Source: Planctomycetota bacterium (GTDB lineage: Bacteria; Planctomycetota; UBA1135). From it: a stretch of 64,000 nucleotides of DNA. The stretch is taken from assembly GCA_003696625.1 (NCBI GenBank), contig RFGR01000014.1, positions 15,730-79,729 on the forward strand. Reading direction: 5' to 3'. Below, one piece after another: positions 54,551-63,152 of the stretch. The notes under the pieces are model-generated. The model was not told where the DNA came from. It was given only the letters and a program-made list of their open reading frames with translations, and made no database searches. The first letter of the stretch is position 1; each line of letters begins with the position of its first letter. The position numbers were made by a program, and so were the translations under genes.

Positions 54551-55375
54551 ATGGCGATGCTGGAAGGAGAACGGGTCGCCGCCCTGGCCGCCGCCCTGGC
54601 CGAACGCCTCGGGCCGCCGCCGGCGGTGGCGGTGGTCCTCGGCAGCGGCTGGGCTGAGCAGGCGGCCGGACTGCTGGCGGCCCCCACCGCCCTGCCCCTG
54701 GCCGAGCTGCTCGACTGGCCCCTGCCGAGGGTGCCCGGGCACCGGCCCGAGATTCTGGTCGGGGACCTCGACGGCGTCCGCGCCGCCCTCTGCGGCGGTC
54801 GCGTCCACGCCTACGAGGGCCGGCCGGCCCGCGAGCTGGTCCGCGGCGTCCGCGCCCTGGTCCGCTGGGGGGCGCCGGCGGTGCTGCTGCTCAACGCCGC
54901 CGGTTCCCTGCGCGAGGACCGGCCGCCCGGCTCGCTGATGCCGTTCGCCGACCACCTCGATCTCGGCCTTCCCAGCCCGCTGGCGGCCGACCAGAGCGAA
55001 GACGGGGCCCCGCTCTTCCTCGACCTGGTCGACCTCTACGATCCCGCCTGGCGCCGGGCCCTGCTCGCCGCCGAGCCCGGACTCCGCCCCGGGATCTACG
55101 CCGGCCTGCCCGGCCCGAACTACGAGACCCCGGCCGAGGTCCGCATGCTGGCCGCCCTCGGCGCCGACGCGGTCGGCATGAGCACGATCCCGGAGGCGGT
55201 CGCCGCCCGCGCGGCCGGCGCCCGGGTGCTGGCGATCTCGCTGCTCAGCAACCCGGCGGCGGGGATCGGCGGCAGCCGGCCCAGCCACGAGGAGGTCCTG
55301 GCCACCGCCGAGGCCCACGGCGCCGAGGCGGCTCGGGTGCTGGCGGCGGCGGTCGCCGCCGCGCCGCGCGGCTAG
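54551..55375 (+). CDS. purine nucleoside phosphorylase (trimeric PNP/MTAP family)
   Basis: Part of track ORF 54491..55375, with the start moved to MAMLEG. VVLGSGW, RVHAYEGR, GPNYETPAEVRMLAALGADAVGMSTIPEAVAA, SLLSNPAAG. Confidence 0.9.
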   Translation: MAMLEGERVAALAAALAERLGPPPAVAVVLGSGWAEQAAGLLAAPTALPLAELLDWPLPRVPGHRPEILVGDLDGVRAALCGGRVHAYEGRPARELVRGVRALVRWGAPAVLLLNAAGSLREDRPPGSLMPFADHLDLGLPSPLAADQSEDGAPLFLDLVDLYDPAWRRALLAAEPGLRPGIYAGLPGPNYETPAEVRMLAALGADAVGMSTIPEAVAARAAGARVLAISLLSNPAAGIGGSRPSHEEVLATAEAHGAEAARVLAAAVAAAPRG

Positions 55376-55378
55376 AAT
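55373..55378 (+). promoter_or_regulatory. -10-like TAGAAT upstream of the peroxiredoxin gene
   Basis: Includes the TAG stop of the PNP gene and is flanked by GCGG/CCGC. 88 nt before ATG 55467. A second element, TAGAAG, is at 55420..55425. Confidence 0.35.
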
Positions 55379-55466
55379 TCCGCTCGGGATTGGGGCTGGA
55401 GGCGGGCCGGAACCGGTCCTAGAAGCTCCTCCCTGCATCCCGCAAAGCCCACACCCAGAGAGAGAA

Positions 55467-56066
55467 ATGAGCGTTCTCGTCGGAAAGGAAGCCCCCGACT
55501 TCACCGCGACCGCCGTCCTCGCCGACGGCAGCTTCAAGGACGACTTCAAGCTGTCGGATTTCCGCGGCAAGTACGTCGTCCTCTTCTTCTACCCGCTCGA
55601 CTTCACCTTCGTTTGCCCGAGCGAACTGATCGCCTTCGATCACCGGCTGGCCGAGTTCGAGAAGCGCAACGTCCAGGTGATCGGCTGCTCAATCGACAGC
55701 CACTTCACCCACCTGGCCTGGCGGAACACGCCGGTCAACGAGGGCGGCATCGGCCCGGTCAAGTACCCGCTGGTCGCCGACCTGACCAAGAACATCGCCC
55801 GCGACTACGACGTCCTGATCAACGAGGCGGTCGCCCTGCGCGGCTCCTTCCTGATCGACAAGGACGGCGTCGTCCGCCACCAGGTGGTCAACGACCTGCC
55901 GCTCGGCCGCAACATCGACGAAATGCTGCGCATGGTCGACGCCCTGCAGTTCACCGAGGAGCACGGCGAGGTCTGCCCGGCCGGCTGGAAGTCCGGCGAT
56001 GAGGGCATGAAGCCGAGCACCGAGGGCGTGGCCGAGTACCTGGCCGGACACGCCGACCAGCTCTGA
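55467..56066 (+). CDS. typical 2-Cys peroxiredoxin (AhpC/Tsa family)
   Basis: 199-aa ORF. FFYPLDFTFVCPSE (peroxidatic Cys) and GEVCPAGW (resolving Cys). Confidence 0.95.
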   Translation: MSVLVGKEAPDFTATAVLADGSFKDDFKLSDFRGKYVVLFFYPLDFTFVCPSELIAFDHRLAEFEKRNVQVIGCSIDSHFTHLAWRNTPVNEGGIGPVKYPLVADLTKNIARDYDVLINEAVALRGSFLIDKDGVVRHQVVNDLPLGRNIDEMLRMVDALQFTEEHGEVCPAGWKSGDEGMKPSTEGVAEYLAGHADQL

Positions 56067-56086
56067 GCCGCCGCGGCGGCCCCCAG

Positions 56087-56119
56087 CGCGAGGCGCGGGT
56101 CTAGAATCCGCGCCTCGCG
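56087..56119. promoter_or_regulatory. perfect 12-bp inverted repeat enclosing a TAGAAT -10 box (terminator / operator / promoter overlap)
   Basis: CGCGAGGCGCGG (56087..56098) - gtcTAGAAT - CCGCGCCTCGCG (56108..56119). TAGAAT is at 56102..56107. The last base of the repeat is the G of the ClC GTG start. Confidence 0.5.
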
Positions 56120-58170
56120 TGCGTTCGCTCGTCCGGGCCTTCTACCGGGCCAACCAGGCCCTGAAGCAGTCCACCACCGTCTACATGGTGGTGGTGGCGT
56201 CCCTCGTCGGCCTGATCGCCGGCTACGGCGCCGTCGGTCTGCGCCTGATGATCCGCTGGTTCAAGGCCTGGATCTGGGATACCCCGGGCCTGCCGGACGA
56301 GGCCTTCGACCTGCTGCTCTGGGTCCAGGGCCTGCCCTGGTGGTGGTTGGTTCTGGCGCCCACCGTCGGCGGCTTCGTCGTCGGGCTGCTGGTCCACTAC
56401 GGCGCCAAGGAGGCCAAGGGCCACGGGGTGCCCGAGGTGATGGAGGCCGTGGCCATCCGCCAGGGCCGGATCCGACCGCGGGTGGTGGGGGTGAAGGCGC
56501 TGGCCTCCAGCCTGTGCATCGCCTCCGGCGGCTCGGTCGGCCGCGAGGGGCCGATCGTTCAGATCGGCTCGGCCATCGGTTCGACCATCGGCCAGATCCT
56601 GCGCCTCGGGCCGCGCCGGATGCGGACTCTGGTCGGCTGCGGCGCCGCCGCCGGCATCGCCGCCGCCTTCAACGCCCCGGTGGCCGGGGCGCTGTTCGCG
56701 GTCGAGATCATCCTCGGCGACTTCGGCGTGCCGCAGTTCTCGCCGATCGTCATCTCCTCGGTCGTGGCCACCGTGGTCGCCCGCCACTTCCTCGGCGACT
56801 TCCCGGCCTTCGAGATCCCGGCCTATTCCCTCCACCACGCCGGCGAGCTGGCCGCCTACGCGGTGCTCGGTTTCCTGGCCGGGATCACCGCCATCGTCTT
56901 CACCAGGGTGCTGCACTGGTCCGAGGAAGGCTTCGAGCGGTTGCCGATCTGGGGGCCGCTCAAGACCACCATCGGCGGCCTGGCGGTCGGCCTGCTGGCG
57001 GTCGGCGTGCCGCAGGTGCTGGGGGTCGGCTACGAGGCGATGAACACCGCCCTCACCGGCCAGGCCACCCTGCTGGCCCTGCTCGGCTTCCTCGGGGCCA
57101 AGCTGCTCGCCGTCTGCCTCACCCTTGGCTCCGGCGGTTCCGGCGGCATCTTCGCGCCGTCGCTGTTCCTCGGCTCGATGCTCGGCGGCGCCGTCGGCGT
57201 GGCGGTGGACCACTGGTTCCCGGGCGCCGCCCCGCCCGGAGCCTACGCCCTGGTCGGCATGGGGGCGGTGGTGGCGGCGGCGACCCACGCTCCGATCACG
57301 GCCATCATGGTCCTGTTCGAGCTGACCACCGACTACAAGATCATCTTGCCGCTGATGATCTCCTGCATCATCGGCACGCTGGTGATGTCGCGGCTGCACA
57401 AGGAATCGATCTACACGATCAAGCTCAAGCGCCGCGGCATCAACATCCGCGCCGGCCAGGACGTCGACTTGCTGCGCTCGATCCCGGTCCGCGAGGTGAT
57501 GCGGCGGGAGCCGGCGGTGGCGGCGCCGGGCGACCCGCTGCTGCCGGTGCTGCAGCGCCTCTATCAGGGCGAGGACGACTGCATCTACGTGGTCGACAAG
57601 GGCGGCCGTCTGACCGGGGTGATCGCCCTCAACCACCTCCGCTCGGTGCTCGAGGACCTGCGCGAGATCCAGGAACTGCTGGTCGCCGACGACGTCGCCG
57701 TCGCCGAGTGGCCGGCGGCCCAGGCCGGCGACACCCTCGACCGGGTCGTCCGCCGCCTCGAACAGGGTTACCGGGACGAACTGCCGGTGCTCGAGGAGGG
57801 CCGCCTGGTCGGCGTGGTCCACGTCTCGGACGTCCTCGACCGCTACCGGCGCGAGGTCTTCAAGCACCAGATGGCCGACACCCTGGCCGGCAGCCTGCCG
57901 GTCGGGTCGAGCGAGGAGACCCCGGTTCGGCGGGTCGGGGACAACCTGATGGCCGAGGTGGACGCGCCGCCGCAACTGGTCGGCCGGACCCTGGCCGAGG
58001 CCGACTTCCGCGCCCGCTTCGGAGTCAACGTGCTCTTGGTCAAGCCGCCGGCGCGGCCGGGGCAGGAGTCGGCGCCGCACGCCCCGGCCGCCGACTACCG
58101 CTTCCAGCTCGGCGACCGCCTGGTCGTGTTCGGGCCGCCGGAGGCGGTCCGGCGCCTGCGGGTCGTCTGA
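56119..58170 (+). CDS. ClC-family chloride channel/antiporter with CBS pair and C-terminal TrkA-C-like domain
   Basis: 683-aa ORF. GHGVPEV, GREGP and GGIFAPSLF selectivity-filter motifs. CBS-like region 57480..57850. C-terminal LMAEVDAPPQLVGRTLAEADFRARFGVNVLLVK. Confidence 0.9.
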   Translation: MRSLVRAFYRANQALKQSTTVYMVVVASLVGLIAGYGAVGLRLMIRWFKAWIWDTPGLPDEAFDLLLWVQGLPWWWLVLAPTVGGFVVGLLVHYGAKEAKGHGVPEVMEAVAIRQGRIRPRVVGVKALASSLCIASGGSVGREGPIVQIGSAIGSTIGQILRLGPRRMRTLVGCGAAAGIAAAFNAPVAGALFAVEIILGDFGVPQFSPIVISSVVATVVARHFLGDFPAFEIPAYSLHHAGELAAYAVLGFLAGITAIVFTRVLHWSEEGFERLPIWGPLKTTIGGLAVGLLAVGVPQVLGVGYEAMNTALTGQATLLALLGFLGAKLLAVCLTLGSGGSGGIFAPSLFLGSMLGGAVGVAVDHWFPGAAPPGAYALVGMGAVVAAATHAPITAIMVLFELTTDYKIILPLMISCIIGTLVMSRLHKESIYTIKLKRRGINIRAGQDVDLLRSIPVREVMRREPAVAAPGDPLLPVLQRLYQGEDDCIYVVDKGGRLTGVIALNHLRSVLEDLREIQELLVADDVAVAEWPAAQAGDTLDRVVRRLEQGYRDELPVLEEGRLVGVVHVSDVLDRYRREVFKHQMADTLAGSLPVGSSEETPVRRVGDNLMAEVDAPPQLVGRTLAEADFRARFGVNVLLVKPPARPGQESAPHAPAADYRFQLGDRLVVFGPPEAVRRLRVV

Positions 58171-58183
58171 GCGGCGACCGGGG

Positions 58184-58189
58184 TATTCT
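58184..58189 (+). promoter_or_regulatory. -10-like TATTCT, 9 nt upstream of ATG 58199
   Basis: gggTATTCTcgggccgtcATG. Confidence 0.4.
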
Positions 58190-58198
58190 CGGGCCGTC

Positions 58199-58747
58199 AT
58201 GAAGATCTACACCCGCTGCGGCGACCACGGCGAGACCGGCCTGTTCGGCGGCGGCCGGGTCGGCAAAGGCTCGCTCCGGATCGACGCCTACGGTCAGGTG
58301 GACGAGCTGAACTCGGTCCTCGGCTGGTGCGCGGTCGCCGCCGACGGCGACACCGGCGAGCGGATTCTGGCCGAGCAGGCCCGGCTGTTCGTGCTCGGGT
58401 CGTGGCTGGCCACACCGGCCGCGGCGCCGGCCGCGGCCCGCGACCGGCTGCCCGCGTGGGACGAGGACGCCCTCGGCCGGCTCGAGGCCGAGATCGACCG
58501 CTGGCAGGCCGAACTGCCGGAGCTGCACAGCTTCGTCCTGCCCGGCGGCGCCGAGGCGGCCGCCCGCCTCCACCTGGCCCGCGCCGTCTGCCGCCGGGCC
58601 GAGCGGGCGCTGGCGGCCCTGGCCGACGAGGAGGCCGTCGATCCCCGCCATCAGGCCTACCTCAACCGCCTCGGCGACTGGCTGTTCGTCCTGGCCCGTC
58701 GGGTCAACCATCTGGCCGGCGTGGCCGAGCTGCCCTGGACGCCCTAG
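58199..58747 (+). CDS. PduO-type ATP:cob(I)alamin adenosyltransferase
   Basis: 182-aa ORF. MKIYTRCGDHGETGL, DAYGQVDELNS, FVLPGG. Confidence 0.9.
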   Translation: MKIYTRCGDHGETGLFGGGRVGKGSLRIDAYGQVDELNSVLGWCAVAADGDTGERILAEQARLFVLGSWLATPAAAPAAARDRLPAWDEDALGRLEAEIDRWQAELPELHSFVLPGGAEAAARLHLARAVCRRAERALAALADEEAVDPRHQAYLNRLGDWLFVLARRVNHLAGVAELPWTP

Positions 58748-58771
58748 TCGGCGCCCGCAGCCGGCCGTCGG

Positions 58772-60658
58772 CTACTTCTTCCGTCCCTTCTTCTCCTCGT
58801 CCAGCAACAGGATCTCGCGGAAGCCGGTCCGGCCGGTGGCGGCGCCGGTGACCGGCGGCAGCTTCTCGAGCACCCGCACTTCGAGTTCGCGCAGTCGGAG
58901 CGGGCGGCGGAACGACAGCTCGACCCCCTCGCGGACGTCCGTCCGCGCCATCGTCAGCTCGTGCTTGCGGCCGTTGACCGTGACCCGGATCCTGGCCGGC
59001 AGGTCGAACCCCGCCTGATCGGGTCCGGACCAAGCCGGCAGCAGCCGGATCGCGGCCACTCGCAGGTTGCGCTTGGGGGCCAGGCGGATCCACGGTTCGG
59101 GATCCTCGGCCGTCGCCAGCCAGCGGCTGCCGCCGACCCGGTCGAAGGCCCGCACGGCGGCGTTGTAGCGGCCGTCGTGCTCGCTCGAGGCGGTGAGCTG
59201 CTCCATCGCCGAGGCGTCGATCGGCCAGGCCCGGTCCAACCAAGCCGCCAGGCGCCGGTCGTCCTCGGTCACCAGGCCGCGGACGTTCAGCACCAGCGGC
59301 CCGGAGGAGACCTGGACGAGGTCGGCCGGGTCATCGCTGCCCGGCAGGGCGAGCCAGGCCCGCGCCTCGAGGGTGAGGTCGCGGTTCTCGCGGAGATCGA
59401 ACTCGAGCGGGAAGCGCGGCGCGGCCTGGGCGGCCGCCATCGCCGCCGGATCCTCGGGCCGGACGACCTGGATTTCCTCGCCGTCCAGCCACCAGGAGAA
59501 GCGGAGGATGCGCGGCCGCGGCTCGCCCGGGTTGGCGTAGAGTTCGACGACTTCACGATGGAAGCCGGCCAGGAAGGCGGTGCAGTGCGGGAGGCCGGCG
59601 GCGGTGATCAGCAGGTCGGCCTTGCCGTCGTCGACGTTGGTCCAGCGCCGGACCCAGAGGCCGGGCCGCGGTTCGCCGCCGGTGTTGACGTGGGCGGTCG
59701 CCCGGCTGAGGGTCAGGAGGGCGAAGGAGGTGTTGATCTCCTTTTCGCCCCAGGGATTGGCCCAGGCGCCGCCGCCGCCCTGTTTGGCCAAGAGGATGCG
59801 GCAGGCGTCGGCGTACCAGTCGTGACCGCCGATCATCTTCTTGCCGGACAGGGCGGCGCCGCGTTCCATGCCGTACCAGGCGTAGTAGCCCCAGCGGTTG
59901 AGGCCGTTGCCGCCCTCCCACTTCTGGTCACCCAGCCAGGTCCCGCCGAGCCACTCCTCGGCCCGGGCCAGGGTGCGGTCGATGGCGTCGAGGGTGCTCT
60001 GCCGTTCCCCGCGCGCCGCCAGCACGCGCCGGGCGGCCGACAGGCAGCCGAAGCCGGCCAGGGTCATCGTGATCGTCGGCCGGCCGCCGGCGTGGTAGGG
60101 GAAGCCGCCGTCGCTGAGCTGGTCCTTCTCGAAGAACTCGGCCAGCTCGCGCCAGAAGCGGTTGTCGCGCTGCCAGCCGTTCCGGTCCAGCGCCTCCATC
60201 GCCACGACCGCGAACTGGGCGTTGGAGAGATCGCCGCCCGGTTGATTGGGCAGAACGTGGGTGTAGTGGTAACGCCCTGGGTGGTGGTCGAAGAAGACGT
60301 CGGCCGCCCGCTCGATCCGGGCGCCGAAGCGCTCCGGGTCCATCGAGGTCAGCAGGAGCACGCGCAGGGCGGCGTCGTAGGTCTGGAAGGGCGGGTGGCG
60401 GTCGAGGAAGTCCAGGGCCAGGACCAGGCTCCGGTGCTCCGGCGGCAGGCCGGACTTGAACAGCGCGTAGGCGGCCAGGGCGGTCGGCCCGGCCGGATAG
60501 CTCTGCTCCATCCAGTCGGTCCAACTTCCGTCTGGATACTGGTTGTCGATCAGCCATCTCACCCCCTTGGCGATCGCGGCGTCGACCGCCGCTTCGCTCG
60601 GCGCCGCCGGCTCTTGCGCCGGCGCGATGAACAGGGCGAGGACCAGGAGCGGGTTCAT
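58772..60658 (-). CDS. secreted prenyltransferase/squalene-oxidase-repeat (alpha/alpha toroid) protein with a C-terminal beta-sandwich domain
   Basis: 628-aa ORF. Signal peptide MNPLLVLALFIAPAQ. Repeats of the type Q-x-x-D-G-S/G-W/F (NQYPDGSWTD, DQLSDGGFPY, KQGGGGAWAN). ATG 60658 overlaps the patatin stop (ATGA). Confidence 0.7.
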   Translation of the reverse strand: MNPLLVLALFIAPAQEPAAPSEAAVDAAIAKGVRWLIDNQYPDGSWTDWMEQSYPAGPTALAAYALFKSGLPPEHRSLVLALDFLDRHPPFQTYDAALRVLLLTSMDPERFGARIERAADVFFDHHPGRYHYTHVLPNQPGGDLSNAQFAVVAMEALDRNGWQRDNRFWRELAEFFEKDQLSDGGFPYHAGGRPTITMTLAGFGCLSAARRVLAARGERQSTLDAIDRTLARAEEWLGGTWLGDQKWEGGNGLNRWGYYAWYGMERGAALSGKKMIGGHDWYADACRILLAKQGGGGAWANPWGEKEINTSFALLTLSRATAHVNTGGEPRPGLWVRRWTNVDDGKADLLITAAGLPHCTAFLAGFHREVVELYANPGEPRPRILRFSWWLDGEEIQVVRPEDPAAMAAAQAAPRFPLEFDLRENRDLTLEARAWLALPGSDDPADLVQVSSGPLVLNVRGLVTEDDRRLAAWLDRAWPIDASAMEQLTASSEHDGRYNAAVRAFDRVGGSRWLATAEDPEPWIRLAPKRNLRVAAIRLLPAWSGPDQAGFDLPARIRVTVNGRKHELTMARTDVREGVELSFRRPLRLRELEVRVLEKLPPVTGAATGRTGFREILLLDEEKKGRKK

Positions 60659-61710
60659 GCGCGGCTCCGGAAGCGGCTCCGCCGGGAACGGCCGTCCTGG
60701 ATCATGGGGTCGAGCAGACCCTGATCGAGGGCTTCGCGGGCGCAGCGCTCGCCCTCGGCGATGATCTCGGCGGCGCGGTGGAAATCGAACAGCCCGACGC
60801 CCGGCAGGCGCGGCGTGAGCAGCAGATCGGGCGGATCGAGCTGCATCGCCAGCCGGGCCAGGGCGAGCTGGGCGAAGGCCATGGTGTCTCCGACGATGTC
60901 GGCGAAGCCCGGCGCCTTGTCCGGCGGTCGGTGGGTGAGGCGCTGCCAGAACTGGACCGCCCGCCCGGCCAGGCGGCGGCCGGCGCGGTCCATCAGCCCG
61001 GCGGTCTGCTCCAGGAGCTGGCGGGCGCGTTCGACCGCCTCCGGATCCTGGGGAGGCTCCGCCGGCGCCGGCGGCGGCGCCTCGGTCTCGGCCCCGGCGG
61101 CCTCGGCGGCCTCGGCCGGGGTCGGTTCCGGGAAGCTGGCGGCGTGCAGGTCGACCGCGATCACGTGCCGGTACCCGAACTCGCGGGCGGCCGCCACCGG
61201 CACCGGCGCCACCGCGCCGCCGTCGGTCAGCCAGCGGTCGCCGATCCGTTGCGGCTGAAAGACTCCGGGAATCGAGGAGCTAGCCTTGATCGCCGCCACG
61301 AGTCCGCCTGACCGCAGCCGCACCTCGTGGCCGGTGGCGAGATCGGTGGCGATTGCGCAGAACCCGACCGGAAGGTTCTCGATCCGGCGGTCACCGAGCA
61401 GGGTCTCCAGGATGTGGGAGGTTCGCTTGCCGCCGAAGAAGCCCGACACCGGCAGCACGGGATCCAGGAACCAGATCACGCCCTGGCGGTCGAGGCCGCG
61501 CATCAGCGATTCGTAGGTGTCGAGAGCGGCACCGCACCAGAGGCCGCCGATGACCGAGCCGATGCTGGTGCCGGCGACCGCCTTCACCGGCACCCCGGCC
61601 TCCCGCAAGACGCGCAGGATGCCGATGTGGGCCAGTCCGCGGGCGCTCCCGGAACCCAGAGCGACCGCGGTGCCGGGCCGGGGCCGGGAACGGTCCGCGA
61701 AAGGCACCAT
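60655..61710 (-). CDS. patatin-like phospholipase
   Basis: 351-aa ORF. GSGSARG oxyanion motif, GTSIG (GxSxG), DGGAV (DGA/G). Confidence 0.9.
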   Translation of the reverse strand: MVPFADRSRPRPGTAVALGSGSARGLAHIGILRVLREAGVPVKAVAGTSIGSVIGGLWCGAALDTYESLMRGLDRQGVIWFLDPVLPVSGFFGGKRTSHILETLLGDRRIENLPVGFCAIATDLATGHEVRLRSGGLVAAIKASSSIPGVFQPQRIGDRWLTDGGAVAPVPVAAAREFGYRHVIAVDLHAASFPEPTPAEAAEAAGAETEAPPPAPAEPPQDPEAVERARQLLEQTAGLMDRAGRRLAGRAVQFWQRLTHRPPDKAPGFADIVGDTMAFAQLALARLAMQLDPPDLLLTPRLPGVGLFDFHRAAEIIAEGERCAREALDQGLLDPMIQDGRSRRSRFRSRA

Positions 61711-61717
61711 TGCTCGG

Positions 61718-61727
61718 AGATTACCAT
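61718..61727. promoter_or_regulatory. overlapping back-to-back -10-like hexamers in a 23-bp divergent spacer
   Basis: + strand TACCAT (61722..61727), 6 nt before ATG 61734. - strand TAATCT (agatta 61718..61723), 7 nt before ATG 61710. Confidence 0.45.
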
Positions 61728-61733
61728 TCCGCC

Positions 61734-62255
61734 ATGGCCGCCGGCTTCCCTGAGTCGATCGATGACCGGCTTCCGGACGACCTGCGTCCGGGCGAGACGG
61801 TTCTGGTCAGCGCCTGCCTGCTCGGTGAGGACACCGCCTGGGATGGTCGCGACAACACCGTGCCGGCGCTGGTCGCGGCCCTCCACCGGGCGCGGGTGGA
61901 GATCCTCAGCCTTTGTCCGGAGATGCTCGGCGGCCTGCCGGCGCGCCGCCCGCCGGCGGAGCCGGAGCGCGGCGACGGCCGTCTGGTCGCGGCCGGGCGA
62001 GCCCGGATCCTCACCCGCGGCGACGGCCGCGACGTGACCGACGCCTTCCTCGCCGGCGCCCGGGAGGCGGCCGCGCGCGCGGTCGCCGCCGGGGTCCGCT
62101 ACGCCTTCCTCCAGGAGCGGTCCCCCTCCTGCGGCGTGGCCTGGACCCACGCCGGCGGCGCCACCGTGCCCGGCCCCGGAGTGACGGCCGCGCTGCTGGC
62201 CGAGGCCGGCATCACCGTGGTCGGGATCGGCCGCGGGCCGCGCCCCGGCGGCTAG
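61734..62255 (+). CDS. DUF523-family protein (TudS-like Fe-S thiouracil desulfidase family)
   Basis: Part of track ORF 61710..62255, with the start moved to ATG 61734. LVSACLLGEDTAWDGRDN and ERSPSCG Cys motifs. Confidence 0.8.
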   Translation: MAAGFPESIDDRLPDDLRPGETVLVSACLLGEDTAWDGRDNTVPALVAALHRARVEILSLCPEMLGGLPARRPPAEPERGDGRLVAAGRARILTRGDGRDVTDAFLAGAREAAARAVAAGVRYAFLQERSPSCGVAWTHAGGATVPGPGVTAALLAEAGITVVGIGRGPRPGG

Positions 62256-62258
62256 GAT
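62253..62258 (+). promoter_or_regulatory. -10-like TAGGAT, 9 nt upstream of ATG 62268
   Basis: ggcTAGGATcgggggtccATG. The TAG is the DUF523 stop codon. Confidence 0.4.
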
Positions 62259-62267
62259 CGGGGGTCC

Positions 62268-63107
62268 ATGGACCTTTACGAGGAGATCGTCCGACTGCGC
62301 GCGGCCGGCGCCCCGGCCGCCCTCTGCACCGTCCTCCTCGCCCGCGGCAGCACTCCGGGCAAGGAGACGATGAAGATGCTGGTCCGGGCGGACGGGACCA
62401 CCTTGGGCTCGATCGGCGGCGGCTGCGTCGAGGAGGACTGCCGCCGGCTGGCCCTGGAGGTGATCGCCGAGGACCGCGCCGCCACCCGCACCTTCCACCT
62501 GAACCAGAAGGACCTGCCCGAGTCCGGCCTGATCTGCGGCGGCCAGGTCACGGTCCTGGTCGAGCCGGTGGTGCCTCCGACCCTGGTGCTCTTCGGCGGC
62601 GGCCACGTGGCCGGATCGGCGGTGCGGGTGGCGCGGGAGTGCGGCTGGCGGACGGTGGTCTGCGACGACCGTCGGGAGTACGCCGATCCGGCCAAGCATC
62701 CTCTGGCCGACCGCTGCTTGGCCGGCCCCTGGGCGGACGCGGTGGCCGGCCTGGCCCCGGCCGAGCACCTCTGGATGGTGGTGGCCACCCGCGGCCACAC
62801 CGACGATCTGGCCGTACTCCGCGAGCTGGCGGCCCGGGAGTGCCGGCCGCGCTACCTCGGCCTGCTCGGTTCCCGGGCCAAGAAGGCCACCCTGGAGCGG
62901 ATCCTGGCCGACGAGGGGGTGGATCCGGACTTCATCGCCCGGATCCGGACCCCGATCGGACTGCCGATCGGCTCCCGCACGGCCGGCGAGATCGCCGTCT
63001 CGCTGATGGCCGAGTTGGTCCGGATCCGGCGGTTGGGGGAGAAGGGCGGCCTCGAGCGGGATCCGGCCGGCGACAAAAGCGGTGTCCGGGAGCCGGAGCC
63101 CCGCTAA
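62268..63107 (+). CDS. XdhC/CoxI-family accessory protein
   Basis: 279-aa ORF. N-terminal ALCTVLLARGSTPGKETMKMLV...GSIGGGCVE and a Rossmann-like LVLFGGGHVAGSAV...VVATRGHTDD...PIGLPIG. Confidence 0.85.
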   Translation: MDLYEEIVRLRAAGAPAALCTVLLARGSTPGKETMKMLVRADGTTLGSIGGGCVEEDCRRLALEVIAEDRAATRTFHLNQKDLPESGLICGGQVTVLVEPVVPPTLVLFGGGHVAGSAVRVARECGWRTVVCDDRREYADPAKHPLADRCLAGPWADAVAGLAPAEHLWMVVATRGHTDDLAVLRELAARECRPRYLGLLGSRAKKATLERILADEGVDPDFIARIRTPIGLPIGSRTAGEIAVSLMAELVRIRRLGEKGGLERDPAGDKSGVREPEPR

Positions 63108-63152
63108 TCTGGTTGCCCCTTTGCGGGCCCGATCCCCCCGAACGAAGGAAGA

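Noticed and set aside
61734-63107. The DUF523 + XdhC pair as part of a selenium-dependent molybdenum hydroxylase (YqeB-like) trait supporting Sec use.
   Set aside because: The XdhC protein is of ordinary length and type. No molybdoenzyme, selD or yqeC-like gene is nearby. The adjacency alone says nothing about selenium.
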